Positions 1 to 10,900 of a stretch of 64,000 bases of DNA are shown here, piece after piece (within the stretch, counting starts at the first letter, position 1; each line of letters begins with the position of its first letter). Source of the DNA: Macrostomum lignano (taxonomy: Eukaryota). The stretch covers positions 1 through 64,000 of the forward strand of contig NIVC01000955.1 in the NCBI GenBank assembly GCA_002269645.1. The letters are read 5' to 3'. Both the position numbers and the translations under genes were made by a program. The notes under the pieces are model-generated. The model ran no database searches and was not told where the DNA came from. It saw nothing but the letters and a program-made list of their open reading frames with translations.

Positions 1-2049
1 AAACAAAACCATTACGATGCTTTGTTCATATCAACACGCATCAATGAGTTTAAAAAAGTTTTGCTCATCAATGACAATTAGAGAGGATTTGCGAAAGACC
101 TCAATGGTTCACGACATTACCGAACACGACTATTTAGAGCGCATGGACGAATGGTATGAATATTTACAATTTGATCTTATTTCTTTATGCGCCTGTATTC
201 ATAAGTATAATGAAATAGCATATGAAATTGGAGGAATGACAATGTTCGATACTCTTACCTGTTCAAGTTTAACATTAAAATGTTGGTTTAAAGATTTTGT
301 TAGAGTTGAAGACAAAATGAAACAATATCTAAAGACAGAAGAAAAAACTAATTACATTAAAAAAGTTGAAGAAATAATATCTCCGTTGAAAATAGAGGAT
401 TATTTTGACTTAAGCAAACTTGAAAAAGCAAAATACCAAACACTATTAAGAAATTTTCAGTTCACTCTCATACCAATCCTTATATACGAAGGTTTATGCG
501 GGACGCAGTCAAAGGAGGCAGGGTATTTGCACTAATAAATAAATATGAAAGCGACTGTTTTCAAACAATTGTAGACGTTGTAAAAAGCCCATTTAAAAAC
601 ACCAACAAGCGACCCATGCGAGGTTATATCATTTATCTCAAAAGCGATATGGAAGAAAAAAAGAAAATCGCAATTAAACTAAAAAAGCAATTGGGTACCG
701 CATCAGATTGTTTAATGAATTTTGATGGAGTTTCGTTGTACCCATCTGCCATGTCTGATAAGGATAGTGAATATCCAAGAGCAGAAACAGCAAGAGTTTT
801 TGATATAAGCGAGGAAAAAGATTTCTTGGCACAATTTAATTCACAAACCTTTCGACCAAAAACAGCGGTTTTAAAGATTATGTATGAGAATCCTAACACC
901 GTTTTTCTTCAACATCTCCCATCGAAAGATAAAGAGAAATTTTATAATCCGGAAACAAAAGCAAACGAAACAAAAACATTAAATAGGTTTAGAAACGGAA
1001 AAGTAATTGACACCTTATGTTCCGTAGATATACAAGAAATTGTAAGAATGGGTGGAAAAATATTAAAGATATATAGTGGAATTGTATATGAAAAAAATTA
1101 CGATTTCTCTCCGTTTCAGAATTATATTACAAATCTTTTTGAAATGAGAAAAGTATTTAAAAAAGAAAATAACGAGGCAGGTTCTGAATTGGTAAAAACA
1201 CTATTAAATTCATTATATGGCAAAACAGTTCAAAGAGACATTACTTTCACAACACATCTCTGGAATTTGCAAACATTAAAAACCGAATACGATGACACAA
1301 TCAAATCATATGAGAAAATATGTGACGATTTATATTATGTTGAAAAAAATAAAGACACGCAAGAATATGTAGATGAGGAAGAGGAAAGTCCTATAACAAG
1401 CCTTTGTCCAGCACAATTAGGAATATTTATCTTAGCTCATTCAAGAAGGATCATGAATAATTTTATTACCTCTATAGAGGGCTCAAAGACTCCAGAAATT
1501 TATTACGGCGATACAGATTCGTTATATATACATAAAAAACATTGGGACACATTAAATAAAAACGGGCATGTTGGAAATAACTTAAGTCAAGGAAAAAATG
1601 ATTATGGAGAGGGTGGAATTATATTCGGTTATTTTATCGCTCCTAAAATTAAATATTGTCTTTTATTGAAAGACGATTTTATTATGGAAGAGAAAAAAAC
1701 ATTTAAAGGATGTGCAAACGATAAGATTAATTTTGCATCGTTTAAAACTTTATATGATGGACAGTCAATAAAAGTAAATAATAATGCTCCGTGGAAACGA
1801 TCATTTGAAGGTGGTATAACAATTCCTCAAAGCGGATCAACAATATCAAAAACATATACCTCTACGATAAACACATTTAAAAGAGAAAAACCGGATAAAA
1901 ACGGAGTTATGAAACCATTCTTTAAAAACTATTTTGATGACAAACCACAGCATGAACATTCAATTGAATATTATAACAGTTTACTATTTGACGTTGACTA
2001 TAATTGTTTTGAGTTCGATATTGATGAATTAGCACTTGAAAAAAACTAA
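1..2049 (+). CDS. polB: Protein-primed family B DNA polymerase (5'-truncated by window edge; one frameshift near 465)
   Basis: Motifs KGGRV, DGVSLYPSAM, KTLLNSLYGK, YGDTDS and KIKY. ORFs 17..535 and 496..2049 join by a 1-nt shift (…HTNPYIRRFMRDAVKGGRV). Confidence 0.95.
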
Positions 2050-2086
2050 AGCATGTAATTGTTTAAGCATAATATCCATTTCGATT

Positions 2087-2379
2087 TCATATAATATTGA
2101 AGGCAATTTCCTCGCAGTCGTCAGGGTAACTTAAACAATCCTTTATTTTTTTCCTAAGTTTTTTTATTTTTCTAACCAATCTATCTATTTCAATTTCAAT
2201 TACTGTTTCAGCATAAGCAATTGCAGATTTAATAAAACGTTTTCTTTTATCCATTTCATATCGGATGGGAAACATATCGTCCCCATACTCATGATATTTC
2301 TGAGATATAATTATATTTATTTTTTATTAATATCATTAAGTTCACGCTCTTTAGTGATAAGGATTTTTATCGTATCCAT
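2087..2379 (-). CDS. Small viral hypothetical protein, probably frameshifted in an A-run near 2320
   Basis: AAAAATG start near 2379 (MDTIKILITKERELNDINKK). It continues in another frame into ORF 2087..2275. Confidence 0.4.
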
Positions 2380-2394
2380 TTTCTTATAAAAAAT

Positions 2395-2727
2395 TTAGTC
2401 TTCGTCGTCATCCTCCCAAACAGCCGCCAATTTTACAGTCCTATCACTCTTTTTATTATTTGTTTGTTTTAGTTTAAATTGCAATCCACCCTCGTTGCAG
2501 TATTTCATAACAAACGCTTTAGGTTTATTAATAACTAAAACAGGAAAATTTTTAACATCATCTCCGCTTAGACATAAAATTTTTTGCCCATCTAATTGTA
2601 AAAATATTGATTGAAGCCCAATAAATTTAACCTGTCTCAAACATATAATATTATATTCTTTATTCTCCAACATATTGGGTGTGAGATAATTAATCACATT
2701 AGAATCGGTTTTGAACCAGCTCTCCAT
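2395..2727 (-). CDS. Viral hypothetical protein with acidic C-terminal tail (possible ssDNA-binding protein)
   Basis: TAAAAATG start at 2727, about 110 aa, beta-strand-like pattern, ends WEDDDED. Function is inference only. Confidence 0.5.
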   Translation of the reverse strand: MESWFKTDSNVINYLTPNMLENKEYNIICLRQVKFIGLQSIFLQLDGQKILCLSGDDVKNFPVLVINKPKAFVMKYCNEGGLQFKLKQTNNKKSDRTVKLAAVWEDDDED

Positions 2728-2766
2728 TTTTAATCTAAAAAAATAACAAAAAAATGAAAGACATTT

Positions 2767-3240
2767 ATGTGTAATAAATGTAATGTGACTATGCACAGAG
2801 GGCAAACAGCAAACGGAGATATATATCATATGTGTTATTCATGTTCTAAAATATATCAATTTGAAAAAACAAAAAAGATTGAAAACTCATATTACTATTT
2901 TAAAAATACAATTTTAAGAAATCTTACAAGAGACATTTCTGATCCAATTTTAATTCCCGGAAATAATGTTTATTTATATAATAACTTTTTCCATTTAAAT
3001 AAAGGAAAGGGATTAAGTTCGAAAGACTCCGAAAGGATTTTAATTTTAGTTGGATATTATTTCAATTTTCTTATTCGAGAGAATACAAAGTTTATAAGGA
3101 TAGGTAACATACCTAACGAAATGTTATTGAAAAAGTCATTGGAATTTTTATGTATTGATAAAAAATTTAAACCTAGAATCAGAAGAGAGTTACCACTTTG
3201 GGAAGAATATATAACATATGCATTAAATAAATTGTACTAA
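2767..3240 (+). CDS. Viral hypothetical protein with N-terminal CxxC...CxxC zinc ribbon
   Basis: CNKC...CYSC. Real start may be the AAAAAAATG at 2755 with a 1-nt shift. Confidence 0.55.
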   Translation: MCNKCNVTMHRGQTANGDIYHMCYSCSKIYQFEKTKKIENSYYYFKNTILRNLTRDISDPILIPGNNVYLYNNFFHLNKGKGLSSKDSERILILVGYYFNFLIRENTKFIRIGNIPNEMLLKKSLEFLCIDKKFKPRIRRELPLWEEYITYALNKLY

Positions 3241-3257
3241 ACATGACAAGTCATGAT

Positions 3258-3285
3258 CGTGCCATAGGCACGCGTGCTTTGCACG
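3258..3285. mobile_element. 28-bp double-hairpin element, copy 1 (intergenic, just past the stop of ORF 3287)
   Basis: AT-cgtgcc(ata)ggcacg-cgtgc(ttt)gcacg-AT. Confidence 0.8.
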
Positions 3286-3286
3286 A

Positions 3287-3942
3287 TTAAACAACATTAA
3301 GTTCTACAGCACTTCCTGACCGCGGGCTTTGTGCCCCAGTAGCAATAGTTTCAGGTTCGTAAATACCTAATGTTTCTATAGGTGGAGCTTTGGGTTTGTC
3401 CAAACGTAATTCTTTTAATTCCATATCGGTAAAAGTTTCAACATCTAAAATTCTATTTCTATCTTTTAAATATTTTTCATATAATTCAACCGCGGTTGAT
3501 AATTCATGAATCGTTATCTCTCCGTCATCCAATATTTTTTGCACATATAAATATAATTGATTTTTATATTGTTTTGCAACATCTCTTAAAGATTTATATT
3601 TTTCCTTTCTTTTTTTAAGATATAATTTAATTGCTAAAAGTATTGATAAGTTCTGATCAATTCAAAACCTGATATTGAGCCAATTGAAATACCTAAAAAT
3701 AATTGAGATAAATTAAGAGTTGGAATAGATTGTAAAATACCTAAAACGATTACACATAACATTGATAAGCTTCCAAATCCAATATTGAAAAAGTCCATAT
3801 TTCTTATATGGTTTGAAACTCTTCTTACTTTTTTAGCATATAAATCATAATCATAATTTATTCGATCAACATTACTCAACATCTGACCTTTACGTTGGTT
3901 GAACCGGTCGCGTTCCCATTTATCTGCTTCAGATACCGACAT
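3287..3942 (-). CDS. Two-TM viral membrane protein of the Maverick family sometimes called GasderminX-like (frameshift near 3640)
   Basis: Hydrophobic hairpin (FFNIGFGSLSMLCVIVLGIL...LFLGISIGSISGF), then basic KKRKEKYK and a KILDDGEITxxELxxxxExYEKY motif recalled from Maverick accessory proteins. ORFs 3634..3942 and 3287..3544 join by a frameshift. Confidence 0.55.
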
Positions 3943-4253
3943 TCTCGTCTATTTTTAATAGCACCAAAATGAATTCCCCGCGCTCTTGGGGATTTGCCCG
4001 AGCTCAATAGGTATTGTATTGGAGTTATTCTTTCTTTTTTCTCCCATTTAAATCCTATTTTCCAAAACTCTTGAAGTATAATATGATTTTTTAATAACTT
4101 AATTAATTCTTGAAGCTTCTTATTATCCTGAACATTTACAGTACTAAATAAAAATTTGGTATGAGATTTGAATGTTTTTATATTTGATTCTTGTTTAGGA
4201 ATAGGAATAATAACATTATTTTGCCGCATCGATGGAGTTCTACTAAAAGCCAT
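3876..4253 (-). CDS. Viral hypothetical basic protein
   Basis: TATAAAATG start at 4253 (MAFSRTPSMRQ...). The C-terminus may be affected by a frameshift. Confidence 0.45.
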   Translation of the reverse strand: MAFSRTPSMRQNNVIIPIPKQESNIKTFKSHTKFLFSTVNVQDNKKLQELIKLLKNHIILQEFWKIGFKWEKKERITPIQYLLSSGKSPRARGIHFGAIKNRRECRYLKQINGNATGSTNVKVRC

Positions 4254-4284
4254 TTTATATAGAAATATTTTATATATAAATATT

Positions 4285-6327
4285 TTATATTTGAGTAGGA
4301 GGTTTTTCCAAATAAGCAGTAGAGGGAAAAACATAACCAAACGACGTACTACCACATACAACTGCACCACGAATAAAATGTGCAGCATCCGCTCCACCAG
4401 TTCGAGCACCAAAACCCATAAGGGTTCCAGATTTATCTAAAGTTCCCCAAGTTCCACTATCATATGTGAAAACGTTCTGTCCAATGAGGGTAAAAGAATC
4501 ACCAGCAACATTGTATGACTGTAATCGGTACCAAACCCTTTGATTTAAAATATTAACTTCAAAAAGATGCCAATTGCCGTTATCAATATTAGCATAGGCT
4601 ACAGTTTGATCTGCGTCAGTATTAACATCCGCGCGGCTTGATCCGTCTGATTTTTTATTACTCCAAACAACTCCAAACCTATCATGCCACTCACTTGCAA
4701 AAACTATCAATCCGGCGTCGGTTGATAATCCAGTTCCAAATTCCGATGTTGGACGTTGGTGACAGTATGCATAAAACCAAACCGCATCTGCACCATCTCC
4801 TGTAGCATTAGCAACTCGGAAAAAGAAAGACGCAGATATATTTTGAAAATGTGTGAAATTGAATTGTAAAGCACCACTTACTCCAGAAGTTTCACGAGTA
4901 ATTCTAGCGCCGTTTTGATAATCGATATAAGAAGCATCGCTAATTAAAGAACCGACTGGATATATATCTCCGGCGGTTGTTGGATTTTGATATCCAGACC
5001 AATTGCAAATTACTGGTTCGAACAAGGCCGCATCAATAGCAGGTATTCCATCCAATTTATTTTTATCGCTTCCAGACATTCTACCATTTGATGTTGGAGT
5101 AGCTAGCTGATCTACGTACGCTCGCGGAACTGCAGAAAGTATTTGAGTTGGCCAATTAAGATCTTGAATTTCAACACGGTGTTCAAATAATTGTATTTGA
5201 CGAACCTCGATAGGTTGTGTACCGGTACCACCAGTTGGGAAGAATACGCTATAATATTTCCAAAAATTAGTCGTTAAATTAGATAGAGCAAATGATGTTG
5301 CTTGAACTGGTGATCCCGACGTAGTTAATGTCGTCCATGAATCGGTAGCAACATTTTTTGCGCGAACCGACCACCCCGAGGGTATCTCAATTGTTTCACT
5401 GCCTGTAATTCTTAATTCAAATATTCTTCTATTATAACCTAAAAATTCAAATTGAATTTCCATATTGGTTGTGGTTCCGGTATTTGGTGACCATTGTGTC
5501 GCAAGGCTTCCATCTCCAACTCGAAAAGCTGTGTTGCCATTTTCAGATGCTGTAAGAACAACATCAGGATTTGAAGTATTTGATGTAAGCGGCGTGGTAA
5601 AAATATCGGCGTCGGTTGCATTAGCTCGCTCATTTACTTGGCCTAGAGTTATCGAGTCTGCGTTCTCTGTTCCAAATAATAAATTTGTTAATTTAAAATT
5701 ATTCATATTAATATTTCCACTACGAGTGGCAACTTGATTATCGACATAGTTCTTATCAACCACTGAATCACTAGTTGTAATTGAAACATTTATAATTCGG
5801 TTGTTGCTCATATCTAGGTTTCCGGTTGCGGTGGTTTGAACATAACGTGAATCAGAATCAGTTCGAGAATAAGAATCAGTTACATCTCTTTTTAAATTTA
5901 ATCCATTATCAACTTCGGTTTTGGTATAAGAATCGGCTACGTTCCGTTTCAAATTTAATGAATTATCAACTTCGGTTTTGGTATAAGAATCGGCTGTATT
6001 GCGTTTTAAATTTAATGAATTATCAACTTCGGTTTTGGTATAGAATCGGCTGTATTGCGTTTTAAATTTAATGAATTATCAACTTCGGTTTTGGTATAGG
6101 AATCGGCTACGTTCCGTTTCAGATTTAGTGAATCATCTATTTGAGTTTTGGTATAGGAATCTGCAACATTTCTTTTTAAATTTATTTATTATCAATTTCA
6201 CTTTTTTTATAACCTTCATCTCATTAATATATCGATTATCTCCAAATGTAACACTTATTCCACCAGATGTGCCACCACCACCACTACTTGTTGTTCCGTT
6301 CCATGAGGGTGTTCCAGAAAATAACAT
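4285..6327 (-). CDS. Fibre/spike-like structural protein: 19-aa repeat stalk, discoidin-like domain, C-terminal ConA/L-type lectin-like domain (frameshifts in the 5' part)
   Basis: Start at 6327 (MLFSGTPSWNG). About 6 repeats of NVADSYTKTEVDNSLNLKR. Fibre-type motifs LDMSNNRIINV...DKNYVD and NMNNFKLTNL. F5/8-like segment (FRVGDGSLATQW...WTTL...IEVRQIQLF). Lectin-like segment (GADAVWFY...NGNWHLFEVNI...GFGARTGG). Confidence 0.7.
5895..6190 (-). repeat. 57-bp coding tandem repeat (19-aa units) in the fibre gene
   Basis: Unit on + strand: aatgaattatcaacttcggttttggtataagaatcggctacgttccgtttcaaattt. Confidence 0.9.
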
Positions 6328-6337
6328 TTTTTACTGT

Positions 6338-6775
6338 CTATTTTATAGAGTCTAAAATATTCTTAAATACTTCGGGGGTTTCCTTCGAGTTATTAATTTT
6401 ATATAAAAAATACAACGCCGCTTGCCCGCAATAACTTTTGTCAAATGTTTGAAATTGTTCGTGATGATCTCCACATAAACGATTTTTAGTATGATTAAAT
6501 TTGTCTTTTATTTCCTGTAACGGAGGAAGCGCGTATGAATCAAAAAAATAAACAAGTTTTGGTTTTGAATAAACTGCTGACCAATGAACACCGTTTTCTT
6601 TTGTTGTTTCAATATTAACAATGAAAGATCCATATTGTGGTAAGTCTTTGATCTCATCTCGCATAACACATCTGAATGGTTTTATTTTTAACTGCCTCGC
6701 CCAATTTGTTAATTCGATATTGCTTGTTGTGTCCGTTCCATATCTTTGTTTAAAATCATCCCACGTCATGGTCAT
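6338..6775 (-). CDS. Adenain-like (Ulp1-fold) maturation cysteine protease
   Basis: Catalytic motifs GVHWSA, FFDSY and Q...YCG. Intact 145-aa ORF. Confidence 0.92.
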   Translation of the reverse strand: MTMTWDDFKQRYGTDTTSNIELTNWARQLKIKPFRCVMRDEIKDLPQYGSFIVNIETTKENGVHWSAVYSKPKLVYFFDSYALPPLQEIKDKFNHTKNRLCGDHHEQFQTFDKSYCGQAALYFLYKINNSKETPEVFKNILDSIK

Positions 6776-6776
6776 T

Positions 6777-6986
6777 TTATGTTCCTGAAAAACTCTTGGT
6801 TTTAGTTAGTTTCGTAGGTGTGGGTTTTAACAATTCCTTTCTTATTTTATCAGCTTGTAACTGCCTTAATTTTGCTAGTTCTAGTTCGTAATTATCTTCA
6901 GCTTTTTTAACTTTTTCTGATTGTTTTTTTATTAAATTATTATTATTATCGTGCTTTGCACGCGAACATGTTGTTCGATTACCCAT
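6777..6986 (-). CDS. Small viral protein (MG start) carrying an in-frame double-hairpin insertion
   Basis: AAAAATG start; MGN[RTTCSRAKHD]NNNN. Confidence 0.55.
   Translation of the reverse strand: MGNRTTCSRAKHDNNNNLIKKQSEKVKKAEDNYELELAKLRQLQADKIRKELLKPTPTKLTKTKSFSGT
6950..6977. mobile_element. 28-bp double-hairpin element, copy 2 (in frame in ORF 6777..6986)
   Basis: AT-cgtgc(ttt)gcacg-cgaaca(tgt)tgttcg-AT. Confidence 0.85.
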
Positions 6987-6996
6987 TTTTACAGTA

Positions 6997-7779
6997 CTAA
7001 ACCTGTTTTATACGTAAAATTATTGTTATTGACTGCCCACCAAAACTTATTAATCTATCGCTTTCATCTACAATCCTAATATAAATTGATTGAACATTAT
7101 ATTGATTTAATGGGTAATATATTGGGGTTTGAGGTGATACAATCATTTTCTCTCCAATTGGAACAGCAAGAAATGGGATTGAATAAATAATTCCACGTTG
7201 AACCAAAACTCCATTATTATGTTATATAACCACCGTTTGATATGTCGGTTGTTATATTAATTGTATTACTCCACCCTCAATATTTCCCACTGTATCTCCG
7301 GTGCTTGATGTGGTAACTATTCGGGAATTAAATCCAAGTATGGTTCTGAGTGAATTTGCAATTGTGAAATCAACCTGATATCCGGATCCTAGTGATAGTG
7401 TGAATCTGCCAGACGGTAAATCAACACCTATAACAATTGCTCCTGTTACCCAATCACCATTAGTTGTTAATTCTCCTTCTATATAAGCATTCAAATCAGT
7501 ATAGCTATACGCTCCTGGGTTAATGCTAAATGTTGTCCAATTGGCTCCGGAATCTTTAGAATATCTAAATTGATTATTTGTTGCATTAATTAATTGAGGC
7601 ATGTTGAAAACCGAAAATAGTATTAAACCTATTTGATAACTTAGGCTTTGATCAAGTTGTAATGGATCGCGCAATTGAATCCGTTGCTCGCTGGTTGTCA
7701 TTATAAACTGTAATGTTGTACTAAATTTTGAATTAGTTCGATCTACCAATTGTTTTATAGTATTTAAATTTGTAGTCAT
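6997..7779 (-). CDS. Minor capsid protein (penton), frameshifted near 7210-7255
   Basis: PIQL..LSYQIGL, INPGAYSYTDLN, LRTILGF, and C-terminal SIYIRIVDESDRLISFGGQSITIILRIK, typical of the Polinton penton. Confidence 0.85.
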
Positions 7780-7799
7780 TTTTATAGTGGGAAATTAAT

Positions 7800-7827
7800 C
7801 GGACGAAGTCCGCGTTCCGAAGGAACG
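7800..7827. mobile_element. 28-bp double-hairpin element, copy 3
   Basis: AT-cggac(gaa)gtccg-cgttcc(gaa)ggaacg-AT. Confidence 0.85.
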
Positions 7828-7829
7828 AT

Positions 7830-7857
7830 CGTACCGAAGGTACGCGTGCTATGCACG
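7830..7857. mobile_element. 28-bp double-hairpin element, copy 4 (tandem with copy 3; supplies the ATPase stop codon)
   Basis: AT-cgtacc(gaa)ggtacg-cgtgc(tat)gcacg-AT. The TAG at 7849-7851 on the - strand lies within it. Confidence 0.85.
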
Positions 7858-8648
7858 ATCCTCTTCTTCCTCATTATCTTCTTTTATCAAATTTGTTAAA
7901 ATTCTATGTTTCCTTTCTAACCTCGGATTGATATAAATATGTTTGTATTGGCTATCATCCCAAATTTTTTTACACATACTTTTAAATGGTTTTGCATCCA
8001 ATCCGGGATTAAATCTAGCGTGTATATTTTGTAAATCATAATTATCTAAATCAAACATTACACAACAACTTGCATTCTTTTTTATAATCGATTCTAATTC
8101 TCTAAAGGACTGTGTTAGATAAAAAGCTCCAATTCCATCTCCTCTACCACTAACAAAAATTTCCTTTTGCAATTCTTGATCACCGTCATTAATACAATCA
8201 TCAAAAATAATTAGTGTTTTATCATGTTTTGGAATTTGATCATAGGCTAATCGGGTTGATACTCTAACAGTTGGGCTCGATCGGACGAAGTCCGCGACCC
8301 TTCGGGGCGATCGGTGATGTTTTCTGGCTGTTGTGCCATTGTTTTACATAAATCCTCAATGTCATCGAGTGTAAATCGCGGTTCGTCATCATCCTCATAT
8401 TGCTCATATGCTCTTAACATTCTAAACAAGACATCTTTTTTTAATTTGTTTTTTAATCCATGTTTAAGAAATTCATAATATTTTATTCTAGGTTTGTTAG
8501 TATAAATTATTAAATTATTATAGTCTAGCATTCCATCGGTTGTTAACAGGTCATAAACAAAGTGTGTTTTTCCTTTACCTGATCCTCCGATTACTAAACA
8601 AAGAAAAGGATCATTTGGAAATATTTTATTGTGTTTTGCCTTTACCAT
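7849..8648 (-). CDS. Genome-packaging ATPase (A32/FtsK-HerA type), frameshift near 8275
   Basis: Walker A GGSGKGKT. Walker B LIIFDD in the shifted frame (PTVRVSTRLAYDQIPKHDKTLIIFDDC). Arginine motif SGRG, then YLTQS. Confidence 0.92.
8282..8309. mobile_element. 28-bp double-hairpin element, copy 5 (in frame in the ATPase)
   Basis: AT-cggac(gaa)gtccg-cgaccc(ttc)ggggcg-AT; encodes RPEGSRTSSD. Confidence 0.85.
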
Positions 8649-8696
8649 TTTTAAAGAAATAATTTAAATAGGCGCGACGGTCGGAGACCTGCGACA

Positions 8697-10166
8697 CTAA
8701 AGTGGTGCGTCCCGAACAATCGTGCCATCAGCTTTAGCAATTGACATATATTCCTCTAGAAACAATACGTGTGCGTCTATTGCCTGATTACCGGTTTTAT
8801 TAATCTCTAACATATAATTAAGTCCAATATTGGCTACGTTTTCTTTCTGTGCCGTTAGATCATAAACAACCACTGGATGAATGTTTAGAAACTCTGTGGG
8901 TGTGTACTGAGGGACGGCATACGCTTCATTTTTAGCATAATCTTGATAATATTTTATAAAATCATTAACATTATTATTTGCAATATTTAGATTAGGGATC
9001 TTTAACCGGATAATATTGATCATCAACCTGCAGGCGGATATTCTGAACATTAAACTCGTTAATAGCTGCAGCCGCATTGTCTGTTGCGGTGGCTGCTTGT
9101 TCTGCTATGGCACCGGATTGAAGCCAATATAAATCCCCATTTGCTCTTTTACTCCTTCTATTTGTTATCTTAAACCAAACAAAAATATATCTCACCCGAC
9201 GTTTTGATGTCAGTATTTGCCACTGGAATGAATCCTGGTTATTATTAATGGTTCGCATAAAATGTCGACGATTCAAATAAAATATTTCCTGATCATGCGT
9301 TAACTGATTATCGATGTGTTTTAAAAGTGGGGCTGTTACCTCAATAGTTGGTACGACTAATTGAATTGAATCTATACGAACTGCTATATCGGTTGAAATT
9401 GAGGTTCCATAAAGTATCCTAGGCTGATATCCACCAGATATTTGCAACTGTATCCCAAATTTTAATCCTTTCCATACCCGATTTGGTGAGAAAACCCAAA
9501 TAGTGGAAAGATTGAAAAGTCCTGCTCATATGCTGTTGCTGTGGTTAAAACCGCGACTGGGAATTTATTCTGACGATCTATAAAACCAGTATTAATATCT
9601 TTTGTATTAGTCATAGTGGTTACAACTGGAACTATGTTTGTATTAAGGTAAACAATTAGCGCTGCAGTATCTGCACCGGCTGCGTTTTGTACATTAGGGA
9701 AAACTACTGCTTGCCCGTTACCTTTATCCGGCATCCACCCAACATTATCACCAACTTGTTTTGATAAATAAGTATAATTTAAATGTTTCAAAACTCCATT
9801 AATCTCTGCGGGATTTGATGCTGTCTCAACCTCGGCTCCATTAACTGATAGTTGGGCTTGGGAAAAACATTTATAAAACCAATCATTTTCTATTATTATT
9901 CCGGATCGATCTGCGATATCTCCGGCTGCAAGAGCAGTTCCATCATTTCTAGTATATAACCATCTAACACGGAAAAATGCATTTTTCATATCCAATATAG
10001 TGTTGGTTGCGCCGATGTCAAAAGTTACCGTTCCAGTAGTAAAGTTATTTGAATTATCACTTGTTGGTAGGGTATAATTTAAATCTCTTGCTCTGACCTC
10101 ATTAATATACTGTCGGTGCTTTTTGAAATGAAATTTATCACTCCACATAGTTTTTGTTTCAGCCAT
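8697..10166 (-). CDS. Double jelly-roll major capsid protein, two frameshifts (near 9480 and 8995)
   Basis: TVTFDI, FSQAQLSVNGAEVE, FPLFGFS-(shift)-RVWKGLKFGIQL, RVRYIFVWFK, IRLQVDDQYYP-(shift)-NLN, PVVVYDLTAQKE. This is a Polinton MCP pattern. Confidence 0.9.
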
Positions 10167-10200
10167 TTTTTTAAGTTAAAAAAGTTTTTTATGTTAAAAA

Positions 10201-10872
10201 ATGAGTCAATTTATGGACGTTGATGGAGAGTTAGCGATTTATAAAGAGAAGCAAAGATATTCTGATTTTGTTAGAAATTTACAAAAAAGAAAGTTAGGAA
10301 TACAATTAGCTGGCGAAAGATTTGCTGCTCCTTTTGTTAATCCTATTACTGGGAAAATTAGTGAACTAGAAAAAACAGATAAAGACCTTCTGGAAAAAAT
10401 TGCTAAAAATACGGAGCCAAAAGAGGATGAAATTTTGGATGAGCCGCCTGCTTATGAGACTGATCAAGCAATATTTAGAGTTGCAGAAATTAGACGTGAA
10501 GAGATTAGGGGTGGAGTTGAACAATTTCCAAGAGATGCGCCACGTAGTATTGCTGCGACAGATTTAGGTGGTGGTAATTATCGAATTGGTAACGTTGTTA
10601 AAGATCGAAATGAACTATATAGAGAATTGGGCGGAGCATTTAATATTATTACGAACCCTAGGGTAAAATTTAACCCCGATTTATATACTAGGGATGAATT
10701 AATAAGTGCTAGAATTTTTTATGATGAGTTAGGAGGAGCTGTTAAAAATACCAGCTTGTATAAATGGATTGTTAATTCTATAAATAACAAACCAGCTGTT
10801 GGTGATGGATTTAAAACACCGCGAAAACTTGTTTTAGCTGCTGCGAAAGCTGCTGGACATACTGGAGTTTAA
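10201..10872 (+). CDS. Viral hypothetical protein (possible core protein)
   Basis: Intact 223-aa ORF with TAAAAAATG start, head-to-head with the MCP gene. Confidence 0.65.
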   Translation: MSQFMDVDGELAIYKEKQRYSDFVRNLQKRKLGIQLAGERFAAPFVNPITGKISELEKTDKDLLEKIAKNTEPKEDEILDEPPAYETDQAIFRVAEIRREEIRGGVEQFPRDAPRSIAATDLGGGNYRIGNVVKDRNELYRELGGAFNIITNPRVKFNPDLYTRDELISARIFYDELGGAVKNTSLYKWIVNSINNKPAVGDGFKTPRKLVLAAAKAAGHTGV

Positions 10873-10900
10873 TTAATTGTTAAATTTATTTTTTTATAAA

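Noticed and set aside
8671-8696. Seventh double-hairpin copy between MCP and ATPase (ggcgcgacggtcggagacctgcgac)
   Set aside because: GC-rich, but lacks the 13+15 CG-bounded stems and the AT flanks.
8697-10166. Introns explaining the split MCP, ATPase, penton and PolB ORFs
   Set aside because: Each break is bridged by a 1-2 nt frame change with continuous protein motifs and no intervening sequence.
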